Shown: positions 35,849 through 45,772 of the stretch, in pieces
How the letters are laid out: the number at the start of each line of letters is the position of its first letter
Numbering within the stretch: position 1 is the first letter of the stretch
DNA from: Bacteroidota bacterium
GTDB lineage: Bacteria; Bacteroidota; Bacteroidia; Chitinophagales; JADIYW01
Direction of reading: 5' to 3'
DNA length: 64,000 nucleotides
NCBI GenBank assembly: GCA_028288625.1
Contig: JAQBNI010000089.1
Span: 9,149-73,148 of the forward strand
Program-made: the position numbers and the translations under genes
Notes under the pieces: generated by a model
The model's database searches: none
Told to the model about the DNA's origin: nothing
The model's input: the letters and a program-made list of their open reading frames with translations, nothing else

Positions 35849-37977
35849 CCAACGATCCTTCTAAAAAATTAATCGCACTTACTGAACAACTGCTGAAACG
35901 ACTGGACGATCCAATTCCTGAAGAGGAAATGGAACCGTTCATAGACGAATTAAAAGCTGTCATCGATTTCCACGATAAAAATTATTACGTTCAGACAAAG
36001 CCACTCATCACCGACTTTGATTACGATCGCCTGTTTAAAAAATTGGTGGAGATCGAGGAACAAAATCCAAATTTAGTTACGCCCGATTCTCCAACGCAGC
36101 GTGTTGCAAAAGGCTTGAATAAAGACTTTCCTACTGTTCAGCATCTCGTGCCGATGATGTCGCTTGAAAATACTTATGATGTAGATGATCTGAATGAGTT
36201 TGACAGGAAAGTAAAAGATGCATTAAGAGATAATGTAGTGATAGAGTATGTTGCAGAACCAAAATTCGACGGCAGCAGTATAGCAATCGTTTATGAAAAT
36301 AATACACTCGTACGCGCTGCAACCCGCGGAAATGGCGTTGAAGGCGACGAGATCACACAAAATGCGAAAGCGATAAAATCTATTCCGCTGAAAGCAGATT
36401 TTTTAAAGCATGGAATTTACCGGGTGGAATTGCGCGGGGAAGTTTTGCTGGAATTATCCATGCTGGAAAAATTAAATGAAGAAAGAAAAAAGCAAAATGA
36501 AAAATATCGCAACGATAATCGCAAACAACTCGAGCTCTATAAGAACGCAAGAAACACAGCAGCAGGAAGCCTTCGCTTAAAAGATCCTTCTGAAGTAGCT
36601 GCAAGAAAACTGGATGCAGTAATTTACCAGGTGGGTTATGCGGAAGATAAAAATGGAAAAGATATCACCGGAATTTTTGAAACGCATTTTCACAACCTCG
36701 AGGTTTTATCTTCCTTAGGATTTAAAACACCTTCTCATGAAACAAAAATATTTTCTGCGATTGATGACGTGGAAAATTTTTGCAAGAAATGGGAAAATAA
36801 ACGGGATAGTTACCCTTTTGATATTGATGGGATGGTGATCAAGGTGAACAATATTCAACAGCAGCAACTCATCGGCAGAACTTCGCATCATCCGAAGTGG
36901 GCGGTGGCGTATAAATTTAAGGCGAAGCAAGCAACTTCCATTTTGCTGAAAGTGGATTACCAGGTAGGCAGAACAGGCGCGATTACACCTGTCGCAAAAA
37001 TAAATCCCGTGCAACTGATGGGTGTTGAAATTTCCTCCATCTCCTTACACAACGAAGATTTTATTTTAGAAAAAGATATCCGCTTAAACGATACGGTTAT
37101 TGTTGAACGCGCGGGCGATGTGATCCCTTATATTGTTGGCAGCATTCCCGAACGCCGCGACGGAAAAGAAATAAAAATAAAATTTCCTAAAAATTGTCCG
37201 TCGTGCGGACATCATCTTGTAAAGGAAATAGAGGAAAGTGCGTGGCGATGCGTGAATGTGGATTGCCCTGCTCAACTGGAAGAGCATCTCATTCATTTCG
37301 TATCGAAGCAGGCGATGGAAATTTCAGGATTGGGTGAAGAAATTATTCGTACATTTTTGCGTGAAGGGGTCATCAGCAATATTACATCCATCTACAAAAT
37401 AGATTATGAAAAAGTGAGAGCGCTGGAAGGATGGAAAGACAGATCCGTGCAGAATTTGCAGGAAAGCATTGAAGCTTCTAAAAAAAGTGAACTGCACAGG
37501 CTGATCGTTGGCTTAGGTATACGTCATATCGGCGTTACAACAGCGAAATTATTAGCAAAGAAAGTCAATAAGCTTACGGATTTCCAGGATTGGACAGAAG
37601 AGCAATTTATGGATCTTGAAGATATCGGACCAAAGGTGGCGCAATCGCTGAACCAGTTTTTTAATGATGAACAGAATATCCAGCTCATCAAAGAACTGGA
37701 GAAATCAGGCGTAAACATCAGTAAAACCGAAGAGATACTGGCTTCCAGCAAGCTCGAAGGGAAAACTTTTTTATTTACCGGAACGCTGATTCGCATGTCT
37801 CGTGATGAAGCAAAAATATTGGTAGAAAAACATGGAGGTAAAAACCTGAATGCCGTAAGTGCTAACCTGGATTACCTGATCGCGGGAGAAAAAGCAGGAA
37901 GCAAACTCGTGAAGGCGCAAAAAATTCCATCTATACAAGTGATCGACGAAGATGAATTTTTAAAGATGATTGCATAA
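35845..37977 (+). CDS. ligA: NAD-dependent DNA ligase
   Basis: Adenylation KxDG (EPKFDGSS), OB fold, Zn-finger cysteines (CPSCGHHL...CVNVDCPAQ), HhH repeats and a BRCT tail ([10 protein letters not shown]). Confidence 0.95.
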   Translation: MTNDPSKKLIALTEQLLKRLDDPIPEEEMEPFIDELKAVIDFHDKNYYVQTKPLITDFDYDRLFKKLVEIEEQNPNLVTPDSPTQRVAKGLNKDFPTVQHLVPMMSLENTYDVDDLNEFDRKVKDALRDNVVIEYVAEPKFDGSSIAIVYENNTLVRAATRGNGVEGDEITQNAKAIKSIPLKADFLKHGIYRVELRGEVLLELSMLEKLNEERKKQNEKYRNDNRKQLELYKNARNTAAGSLRLKDPSEVAARKLDAVIYQVGYAEDKNGKDITGIFETHFHNLEVLSSLGFKTPSHETKIFSAIDDVENFCKKWENKRDSYPFDIDGMVIKVNNIQQQQLIGRTSHHPKWAVAYKFKAKQATSILLKVDYQVGRTGAITPVAKINPVQLMGVEISSISLHNEDFILEKDIRLNDTVIVERAGDVIPYIVGSIPERRDGKEIKIKFPKNCPSCGHHLVKEIEESAWRCVNVDCPAQLEEHLIHFVSKQAMEISGLGEEIIRTFLREGVISNITSIYKIDYEKVRALEGWKDRSVQNLQESIEASKKSELHRLIVGLGIRHIGVTTAKLLAKKVNKLTDFQDWTEEQFMDLEDIGPKVAQSLNQFFNDEQNIQLIKELEKSGVNISKTEEILASSKLEGKTFLFTGTLIRMSRDEAKILVEKHGGKNLNAVSANLDYLIAGEKAGSKLVKAQKIPSIQVIDEDEFLKMIA

Positions 37978-38012
37978 TGTCCAAATCATTATATTTGCAA
38001 ACAACGATCTTC

Positions 38013-38468
38013 ATGAGAAAATTAATTTATTTTTATTTTATCCTAGTCACCTTCACTGCATGCGAACAAAAGCATTTTTACAGCGAATATAAAACTGTAG
38101 ATGTAAAACAATGGAGATCTTCAGACACTTTGAAATATTCCATCACCAGTCCTTCCGATAATAACAACTATCAATATTCTCTCAGCATCCGGCATCAGAA
38201 AACGTATGAGTTCAGTAACCTCTGGTTAAAAGTTTTTGTAAAAGGAAATGGAGTAGACACGAGTTTCCGTTATGAAATTCCTTTATTTAAAAATGACGGA
38301 AAACCTTATGGCAAGAATTCAGGAAGTCTTTGCACGCAAACTGTTCCGTTAAAAACCAATCTTCCATTATACAAAAAAGGCAGTTATCAAATTTCTGTTG
38401 TCCAATTAATGCGCAAAGATCCGTTAGACGGCATTGAAGATGTTGGAATTATTATAGATAAAATATAA
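38013..38468 (+). CDS. gldH: Gliding motility lipoprotein GldH
   Basis: Start at the ATG at 38013 (MRKLIYFYFILVTFTAC, a lipobox). About 150 aa with a GldH-like pattern (YSEYK..W...D...F, YEFSNLWL, QLMRKDPL.GIEDVGI). Confidence 0.75.
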   Translation: MRKLIYFYFILVTFTACEQKHFYSEYKTVDVKQWRSSDTLKYSITSPSDNNNYQYSLSIRHQKTYEFSNLWLKVFVKGNGVDTSFRYEIPLFKNDGKPYGKNSGSLCTQTVPLKTNLPLYKKGSYQISVVQLMRKDPLDGIEDVGIIIDKI

Positions 38469-38539
38469 TTATAACTCTCCAAATTTTAAAAGCTTATAAA
38501 TTAAAAAGTTTCTTTATAACTTTAGAGAAACGGGGCTGC

Positions 38540-40168
38540 ATGAAACATTTATACTTATTAACTGCGATTTTATTTTCGCACCATTTATTTTCCCAAACAC
38601 TTACACGCGGACCATACCTGCAAAGCATGACCAACAGCAGCGTAAAAATAATGTGGCGCACATCTGCGATCACGCCTGCTGTTGTAAAATATGGATCATC
38701 TCCCTCCGCCCTAACGAATATTATTACCGATACTGCACAATTAGCAAATCATATCGTAAAGATCTCAGGATTAAATGCAAAAACGATTTACTATTACAGC
38801 GTCGGTTTTGACACGATTACCTTAGCAGGAGGAAATAATCAGCACCATTTTGTTACAGCACAGAATCCGGGAGATACCAGCGGTTTTAGATTTTGGGTGA
38901 CCGGAGATTTTGGTGGCGGGAATGATGAACAAATTTCTGTACGCCGCTGGTTTGAAAATTATATACAATCCAATTTTGTAGAAAGCTGGATATGGCTTGG
39001 AGATAATGTTTATACAGACGGAACTGACGCAGAATATTCTCAAAAGCTTTTTGACGCTCACTACGGCTACGATTCTATTTTTCGTTTTCTTCCTTTTTAT
39101 CCGATCCCCGGAAATCACGATTATAACAGCGTGAACCGCTTTGATGATCCGGCGTTTCATAAAGGTCCGTATTATGACATGGTGGAAGTATTTAAAAACG
39201 GTGAGATGGGCGGTACACCTTCTCACACGGAAAATTATTATTCATATGATTACGGAAACGTACATTTTATGGCATTGAATTCGGAAATATTCCAGTACAT
39301 TTTTTTCGATCTGCCTGATGCATATAAAACATGGATTGAAAACGATATCAAGAATACCGATAAAAAATTTATAATAGCCTACTGGCACCAACCGGCGTAT
39401 TCTAAGGGCTCGCACGATTCAGATGATGGTTTTGAATTATTTATGAAGGGCATGCGCGAACGCATTCTTCCCATCCTGGAAAAATACGGAATTGATCTTG
39501 TGCTGTGCGGACACAGTCATGTCTACGAACGATCGTATCTCATTAACAAGCATTACGGCGTATCAGGGGCGTTCAACCGCAGCACCATGCTGATCGATAG
39601 TACTTCCGGAAATCCCGATAGTAACCGCACTTACGTTAAATACACTTATGGCGCAAATAAAAATAAAGGAACGGTATATGCAGTAGTTGGAAACAGCGGG
39701 AAATCTGAACCTGATAACGGAAAAATGTATCCGGCGATGTACAGAAAATTTGCAGCAGACAGAGGCGTGGGAAGCATGATACTTGATGTGAAAGGAAATG
39801 TGCTGACGGCAAGCTATTACAAGGATAACGGCGAATTGTATGATAAATTCCGCATTGTAAAACAGGATTCTACTTCAATCATTTCAGGTGTAAAGAATAA
39901 CGCTTCGATCGGAGAATTGAAAGTATTTCCAAACCCGTTCACTAACCAGTTAATTGTAGAATTTGACGCGAAAGAAATCAAACCGATTGCTATAACTATC
40001 CAAAATCTTGCGGGACAATTGATTGTTCAAACGCTTTGGAATGGAAAAAGCAATATTGGAAAAAATAAAATGGAGATCAATAACCTTAGCCAACTTGCAG
40101 CGGGAGAATATATTATTTCAATCAAACAGAATGAGGAGATCATCAGTGAGAAACTCATTAAGTTGTAA
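38540..40168 (+). CDS. Purple-acid-phosphatase-like metallophosphoesterase with a T9SS C-terminal sorting domain
   Basis: Signal peptide and an N-terminal Fn3-like PAP domain. Metallophosphoesterase motifs are present (GDFG, GDNVY, GNHD, GHSHVYER). The CTD reads LKVFPNPFTNQLIVEF...GEYIISI. Confidence 0.85.
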   Translation: MKHLYLLTAILFSHHLFSQTLTRGPYLQSMTNSSVKIMWRTSAITPAVVKYGSSPSALTNIITDTAQLANHIVKISGLNAKTIYYYSVGFDTITLAGGNNQHHFVTAQNPGDTSGFRFWVTGDFGGGNDEQISVRRWFENYIQSNFVESWIWLGDNVYTDGTDAEYSQKLFDAHYGYDSIFRFLPFYPIPGNHDYNSVNRFDDPAFHKGPYYDMVEVFKNGEMGGTPSHTENYYSYDYGNVHFMALNSEIFQYIFFDLPDAYKTWIENDIKNTDKKFIIAYWHQPAYSKGSHDSDDGFELFMKGMRERILPILEKYGIDLVLCGHSHVYERSYLINKHYGVSGAFNRSTMLIDSTSGNPDSNRTYVKYTYGANKNKGTVYAVVGNSGKSEPDNGKMYPAMYRKFAADRGVGSMILDVKGNVLTASYYKDNGELYDKFRIVKQDSTSIISGVKNNASIGELKVFPNPFTNQLIVEFDAKEIKPIAITIQNLAGQLIVQTLWNGKSNIGKNKMEINNLSQLAAGEYIISIKQNEEIISEKLIKL

Positions 40169-40217
40169 GTTGTGTCCAACCATTTGAACACTTTAATCAT
40201 CAGCTATTCTACACTTC

Positions 40218-40715
40218 ATGAATTTAAAGAAAAAAGAAAAATATTTCTGGGAAAAGTATTTTGGTATTTCTTATAACCAAGCAGGTAATTTGAATCCGGT
40301 AGTAAAAAGATTAAATTTCAGAGATTCCGAACTTGATGATGAAGAATTGTTTTTCCTGATTTCAAAAATGAAATCGATATGTCAACTTGACCTTGATAAT
40401 ACACTTGTCACAGACAAAGGTATCCAGTATCTAACTAAACTGGAAAGTATAAAAGAGTTACGATTAAAAGGCTGCAAAGGCATTACACAGAAATGCCTTC
40501 ATGATCTTGCTTCAATGAAAGAATTAGAACTACTTCACCTGGGAAGTACTTTTATCACACTAGAGGACGCCAAAACGCTTTCCCGGTTGCAAAACTTAAA
40601 ACTATTGTTGCTTTCATCTGACGATCCGCAAGAAGTTATTAAAAAAGAAGCATCGGCATTAAGGTTATTATTTCCCAATTGCGAGATCAATATCAATCAC
40701 AAAATAGATTTCTAA
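40218..40715 (+). CDS. Leucine-rich repeat protein (RNI/AMN1-like LRRs)
   Basis: Four to five ~25-aa LRRs (L.LD.T.VTD.GI..L..L..IKEL.L..C..IT). No signal peptide. Confidence 0.7.
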   Translation: MNLKKKEKYFWEKYFGISYNQAGNLNPVVKRLNFRDSELDDEELFFLISKMKSICQLDLDNTLVTDKGIQYLTKLESIKELRLKGCKGITQKCLHDLASMKELELLHLGSTFITLEDAKTLSRLQNLKLLLLSSDDPQEVIKKEASALRLLFPNCEININHKIDF

Positions 40716-40807
40716 TTAAGTGCTCATAGGCTCCACAATAATGCATTGGTAAATACGGGACTAGGCAAGCAATGAATACCCCCGTACTTCGCCCACTCAA
40801 AACGTTA

Positions 40808-42589
40808 CTACAAATTCATCCTCGCGAGAATTTCATCTACACGTTTTTCCACTGCAGAATTTTTTTCTAATACCGGTGCATGATGCGGCTTTATCCGCGC
40901 ATCAATAATTAAAGCGTCACATGCCCAATGTTTATTCTCTATCCGCTCATTGATTCCGTGAATGTCATGTGAAGGATTGCTGCGGGTGAAAGTTACCCAA
41001 AGGAAATTATTGAGGTTTTGAGTGATGAAATTGCTGTCGTCACAAATTACGATTACAGGGAGTCCACGGTCCACAGTCCACGGTCCACAGTTTTTTAAAT
41101 CAACATCTGCATTTAACTCAACCGCTAATATTCCATTCATTACCATTTTCGGATTTTTAAATCCTTCCGGCAAAGAAAAACCGGCAGGCAATTCATTTCT
41201 CAGTTCCCTTCTCTTTTCACCTGCTGCTGCAAAAATTACCTTGCTTCCTGCATTCAGCGTTTCACCGGAATAATCCAAAGTGTCCATTGTCGTTTTTGTC
41301 TGAAAATGAATATCCCTGGAAAGATCAATTCGCTCTAAAATATGCGTAAAGAATTTTTGCACATCAGTTGTACTTAAACTTTCGTCATCACTTTTATCCG
41401 CGATAAATAAAAACTTGGCAAGAGAAAGCTGTCCCGTGCCGAGAATATGATTTGCGATCGTCAGAATTTCCTGCGGCATTTTATTTTTTGAATACGGCGT
41501 ATATCTTTCGCTGCCGATCGCAAGCAACAACGGGTGTACACCTGCTGCATCCACTGCATGAATTTCCTTCAAGCCCGGAATTTCCTGTTGAATGGCATCT
41601 CCCGTGATCTCATGTATCATATTTCCGAATGCGGTATCTTCCTGCGGCGGTCTGCCAACAACTGTAAAACTCCAGATCGCATCTTTTTTCGCATATACAT
41701 TCTTTATACGCATCAATGGAAAATCATGCTTTAAGCTATAATAACCGAGATGATCTCCGAACGGTCCTTCCGGTTTATTTTCATTGGGGTATACTTCTCC
41801 TGTGATCACAAAATCTGCATCCGTACTTAACAAAAATCCATCGTCATCATACATATACCTGAACCGCCTACCGCCTAATACACCGGCAAATGTCAATTCT
41901 GAAATTCCTTCCGGCAACGGCATTACTGCAGCAAAGGAATGTGACGGCGGTCCGCCAACAAACACAGACACTTTCATCGGCTTCCCCAAATTATTCCACT
42001 TCGTTTGATGTATGCCGATGCCGCGGTGCAGCTGGTAATGCAATCCCACTTCTTTATCTTTTATGTATTCATTTCCGCTCAATTGAATACGGTACATACC
42101 GATATTTGAATTCATTACACCGGGTTTATCAGGATCTTCCGTATAAACAATAGGTAGTGTCACAAATGCGCCGCCATCTTTCTCCCAGCATTGAATTTGC
42201 GGGAGATCAGAAATTTTTATCTTTTCAAAATCGTGAGAAGAAACTTTTTTCGGAAATGCTTTCATCGCTGCAAAACCCGTTGATAAATTTGCAAACGGAT
42301 GTTTCAATGCGTGTAGCGGATCTGATTTTAATGCGATCAGTTTTTTTACATTCTCCAATGTATCCCTAAAAATAAATTTGCTTCTTTCAGTTGTTCCAAA
42401 GAGATTGGATAGCGCAGGATATTTGCTGCCTTTTACTTTTTCAAATAAAACAGCTTTGCCTTGCGCCTCATGTATCCGCAAATGTATTGCCGCCATCTTG
42501 AGATAAGGATCTACTTCTTCATTGATCCGGATGAGCTGCCCATGCGCTTCGAGGTCGTTTATACAATCTTGCATGGATTTGTAGGGCAT
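40808..42589 (-). CDS. UbiD-family (prenylated-FMN dependent) decarboxylase, menaquinone/ubiquinone biosynthesis type
   Basis: 593 aa, UbiD-like throughout (GPFGDHLGYYS, FVGGPP). It contains an in-frame heptamer-repeat segment. Confidence 0.9.
   Translation of the reverse strand: MPYKSMQDCINDLEAHGQLIRINEEVDPYLKMAAIHLRIHEAQGKAVLFEKVKGSKYPALSNLFGTTERSKFIFRDTLENVKKLIALKSDPLHALKHPFANLSTGFAAMKAFPKKVSSHDFEKIKISDLPQIQCWEKDGGAFVTLPIVYTEDPDKPGVMNSNIGMYRIQLSGNEYIKDKEVGLHYQLHRGIGIHQTKWNNLGKPMKVSVFVGGPPSHSFAAVMPLPEGISELTFAGVLGGRRFRYMYDDDGFLLSTDADFVITGEVYPNENKPEGPFGDHLGYYSLKHDFPLMRIKNVYAKKDAIWSFTVVGRPPQEDTAFGNMIHEITGDAIQQEIPGLKEIHAVDAAGVHPLLLAIGSERYTPYSKNKMPQEILTIANHILGTGQLSLAKFLFIADKSDDESLSTTDVQKFFTHILERIDLSRDIHFQTKTTMDTLDYSGETLNAGSKVIFAAAGEKRRELRNELPAGFSLPEGFKNPKMVMNGILAVELNADVDLKNCGPWTVDRGLPVIVICDDSNFITQNLNNFLWVTFTRSNPSHDIHGINERIENKHWACDALIIDARIKPHHAPVLEKNSAVEKRVDEILARMNL
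41062..41090. repeat. (GTCCACR)x4 heptamer array inside the UbiD-family CDS
   Basis: GTCCACG GTCCACA GTCCACG GTCCACA G. On the coding (minus) strand it reads ...KNCGPWTVDRGLPV... Confidence 0.85.
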
Positions 42590-42631
42590 GGGAAGTTATT
42601 GATTATTTGTTAGAAGTTATGTGAAACAAAA

Positions 42632-42773
42632 ATAGGAAATAGTCCACAGTCCACAGTCCACAGTCCACGGTTATTTCAACAAATAAAACCTGGACTGTTC
42701 AATTAAACAATTGAATACAAACAATTATAAGATTTTGAAACAAACTGTCGACTGTGGACCGTCGTCCGTGGAC
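42632..42773. repeat. Inverted pair of heptamer arrays: (GTCCACR)x4, 84-nt spacer, degenerate (CYGTSGW)x4
   Basis: 42632-42660 reads GTCCACA x3, GTCCACG, G. 42745-42773 reads CTGTCGA CTGTGGA CCGTCGT CCGTGGA C. Confidence 0.8.
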
Positions 42774-42779
42774 TTTAAT

Positions 42780-43829
42780 TTACTTATGCGCTTCAAAAAA
42801 AGACTTCGCATCTATATCGAATTGCTGCCATTCTTCAGCATGCGGAACGTGCGCCGACAATTGATATTTGGAAGCATCGTAGATAAGATCTGTTGAAGAC
42901 ACATTGCTGACCAATTTTTGAGCCAAATTATCGCGAGGAAGTAAACCGTCATGAGCTCCCCAGATCAGCATCAACGGCAACCTTATCGTATTCAATTTGG
43001 ATGTAAGATCCAGATGCGTAAAGATCGACTGATTTTCATACGTTAATGCCGCAGGTGCAAAATCAGCATTATTAAATACCAAAGCCAATTCCGCCTTCGG
43101 AGTGCTGATCGCCTGGTATTGAAGATTCAATGTATTGTATCCAACGCCTTTTAACTGATTGACGTATGCGAGGTGTTGCTTAAATTCGCTTGAAGTGACT
43201 ACGGGATGCTGCAAATAAAACTGTTTAGCATTCTTCCAGTATGAAATATCCCCGCCTGCAGCAATGATAGAGTCTGCTCCATGAAGTACCCATTGCACGG
43301 ATAATGCAAGACCATTCTGAATATCATAAGCAGGCGCTTCGAGGATCGCGCCTTTCAATTTATTCTGATGATTAGTATCCAACAAATAATATGCACTTAA
43401 CCCGCCACCCCAGCTTACCCCATGAATAAAAATTGAATTTGCTTTAGCAATTTGTTTTGTAAAATCAACAATGTTATCGAGGTCTTCGCTGAATTGCTCG
43501 ATCGTCATTTCCGAAGATTTTACATTGCCCTGCGTTACTCCGGAACCGCGCTGATCCCAGTAAACTACTTTGTAATATTTTTCAATTTCTTTCCAGTAAA
43601 CATTTGAACGCTCCGTTTGCGCAGTACCTCCCGGACCCCCGTGAACAAAAACTATGGCAACATCGGAATTGATATTTCCGCATACACGTACGGGCAATGC
43701 AACATTTCCAACTTTTACAAAATAATAATTATCTACCTGGTCGCCGTTAGGTTTGGGATCCGGCGAACATGCTACAATGCATGCAACAGTGATCAACGAG
43801 AGAAATAATATTCTAAAATTCAATTTCAT
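42780..43829 (-). CDS. Alpha/beta hydrolase lipoprotein
   Basis: Lipoprotein signal (ACIVACS), HGGPGG oxyanion region, nucleophile GVSWGG, and a C-terminal His (SAHVPH). Confidence 0.8.
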   Translation of the reverse strand: MKLNFRILFLSLITVACIVACSPDPKPNGDQVDNYYFVKVGNVALPVRVCGNINSDVAIVFVHGGPGGTAQTERSNVYWKEIEKYYKVVYWDQRGSGVTQGNVKSSEMTIEQFSEDLDNIVDFTKQIAKANSIFIHGVSWGGGLSAYYLLDTNHQNKLKGAILEAPAYDIQNGLALSVQWVLHGADSIIAAGGDISYWKNAKQFYLQHPVVTSSEFKQHLAYVNQLKGVGYNTLNLQYQAISTPKAELALVFNNADFAPAALTYENQSIFTHLDLTSKLNTIRLPLMLIWGAHDGLLPRDNLAQKLVSNVSSTDLIYDASKYQLSAHVPHAEEWQQFDIDAKSFFEAHK

Positions 43830-44503
43830 TATTCTTTTATTTTTCTGAATACATAAGAAACACCTAATTCAACATAGATATGTCTTATCCATTTCTGGTT
43901 GCTTGGATAGCGGTAAAATACTCCGGGACCAAACTGAATAGCAATCGGCGTTTTCAAATTTTTTGAAAAATCATATCCTGCAACCACCTTTCCTCCTGCC
44001 ATTATATTATTATATCCGAATGAAACTTTTTTAAAGGAGCCGTCATCCTGGCGCTCATAAACCGGCGCATTCATCTTGGTGTACATATATCCCACATCAA
44101 CATTTACTTCTATAAAAATACCTTTGTAAAATGTATGGCGATAAGCAATCTCGGGAACGAAAAAGAATGCCGTATTATATCGCTTGCGGTAAATATATCC
44201 GAAGGTTGGCTTGATGTAAAGTTCTCTTTCTGCAATACGTGGACTGTAAGCGCTTTTGCCTTGTTTGATTTTTGGTTTCGACAGTATGCGCAAGCCTGCA
44301 CTCACAGACATACCTAAATTAATATTAATAGGCTTTAAAAATTCAAGGTCGCCGAGACCTGAAAGCGTAACAATATATTTTTTGTTTTTTATTCCTTCCG
44401 GCTTGATGATATCCTTGTATTTATTATCCTGCGCAGTCAGATGCGACATAGGAAAAATAAGAGACGATAAAAAAAGGAATAGGTATATGTGGCGTTTCTT
44501 CAT
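43829..44503 (-). CDS. Secreted hypothetical protein, possible small outer-membrane beta-barrel
   Basis: Signal peptide, alternating hydrophobic strand pattern and aromatic-rich strands. Its stop overlaps the downstream start. Confidence 0.5.
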   Translation of the reverse strand: MKKRHIYLFLFLSSLIFPMSHLTAQDNKYKDIIKPEGIKNKKYIVTLSGLGDLEFLKPININLGMSVSAGLRILSKPKIKQGKSAYSPRIAERELYIKPTFGYIYRKRYNTAFFFVPEIAYRHTFYKGIFIEVNVDVGYMYTKMNAPVYERQDDGSFKKVSFGYNNIMAGGKVVAGYDFSKNLKTPIAIQFGPGVFYRYPSNQKWIRHIYVELGVSYVFRKIKE

Positions 44504-44659
44504 TAAGTGTTATAAAATCTTATTGTAAATAACGCTGCAAAATAGAGAAAAATTGTCAGTTTACATTGCTGTTAACGTTTTAATAAGTAACCCGTGGCGG
44601 CTATTAAAAGTTTTACGGCAAATAAGTAGTAATTTGTAATTAGTGATGATCAGCATATT

Positions 44660-45097
44660 ATGAGAAAGACGGTTATTCTATTTTATCTTTTCGGTACTCT
44701 TGGATTTTCTGCGGAAATAATATTTACCGCGCTGGTTAGTCTGTACAGGATGATAAAAGGTCAGCTGCCTTTTGATTTAAAACTGGAAGGACATTCCTAT
44801 ATCTGGATGTTTTTTATTTACGGATCAGCGGCAATACTTTTTCCTCCTGTGTATAAACTGATCGAACGATACCCTATGTTGATACGCTTATTGATTATTG
44901 CTTTAGGAATTTTTGCGATGGAATTTATTACAGGCGCTTTACTGCATTTGATCACAGGGAAATGTCCATGGGAATATACAAGCAGATGGAATATTTGCGG
45001 ATATATACGCTTGGATTATCTGCCTTTCTGGATGCTGTTTGCGTTTATTCTGGAGAAAGCGAATTTGCTTTTTGAGAGAATGGTGGATGGGTTATAA
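44660..45097 (+). CDS. Small multi-pass membrane protein (putative ABC-transporter type IV / CmpB-like family)
   Basis: Four TM helices, with the patterns IWMFFIYG and EFITGALLHL..GKCPWEY. Confidence 0.55.
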   Translation: MRKTVILFYLFGTLGFSAEIIFTALVSLYRMIKGQLPFDLKLEGHSYIWMFFIYGSAAILFPPVYKLIERYPMLIRLLIIALGIFAMEFITGALLHLITGKCPWEYTSRWNICGYIRLDYLPFWMLFAFILEKANLLFERMVDGL

Positions 45098-45101
45098 TAA
45101 C

Positions 45102-45746
45102 TCACTCAATAAAAGAAACCTTGCCGTTGTTCAGGTCATAAAGTCCACCGATCAACATTATTTGTTTGCCCCTTATCATTTCATTTACGATAGAACTTTT
45201 ATTGTTGATCTCCTTCACCGTATTCACCACATTGCGCAAAGAAACATTATCAATAAATCCGTTATCTACTACTTTATTCACCTTTAATTCTTCTTCAACG
45301 CTGGGATGAATTTTATTTAATAAGCCTGTGAAATGCCCCATAGCCGTACCATTACACGCCCCGCGAACAGCGCTGCAATTCGTATGCCCAAGCACAACAA
45401 TAATTTTTGCTCCTGCAATCTTGCAACCGAATTCAATACTTCCCAAAATATCATCATTCACCACATTTCCCGCAATGCGGATAGACAAAACATCTCCCAA
45501 ACCCTGGTCGAAAATTAATTCAGCGGAAGTGCGCGAATCAATGCAGCTCAGTATAACCGCGAAAGGATGCTGTTCATCCTTTGTTTCGTTGATCTGCTCC
45601 AAATGGTTGCGGTCTTGTTCGAGATTCTGCACGAATCGTGCATTCCCTTCTTTCAATAATTCCAATGCCGCTTGCGGTGATAGTGATTCCAAACGTAATT
45701 TGTGCTTGTACATACTTTGAATAGTTGATTGTATAGTTTCTTCCAA
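45102..45746 (-). CDS. Beta-class carbonic anhydrase
   Basis: Zinc ligands CIDSR and GHTNC. Confidence 0.85.
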   Translation of the reverse strand: MEETIQSTIQSMYKHKLRLESLSPQAALELLKEGNARFVQNLEQDRNHLEQINETKDEQHPFAVILSCIDSRTSAELIFDQGLGDVLSIRIAGNVVNDDILGSIEFGCKIAGAKIIVVLGHTNCSAVRGACNGTAMGHFTGLLNKIHPSVEEELKVNKVVDNGFIDNVSLRNVVNTVKEINNKSSIVNEMIRGKQIMLIGGLYDLNNGKVSFIE

Positions 45747-45772
45747 TGATTATTTAGTTGAATTATTATTGA

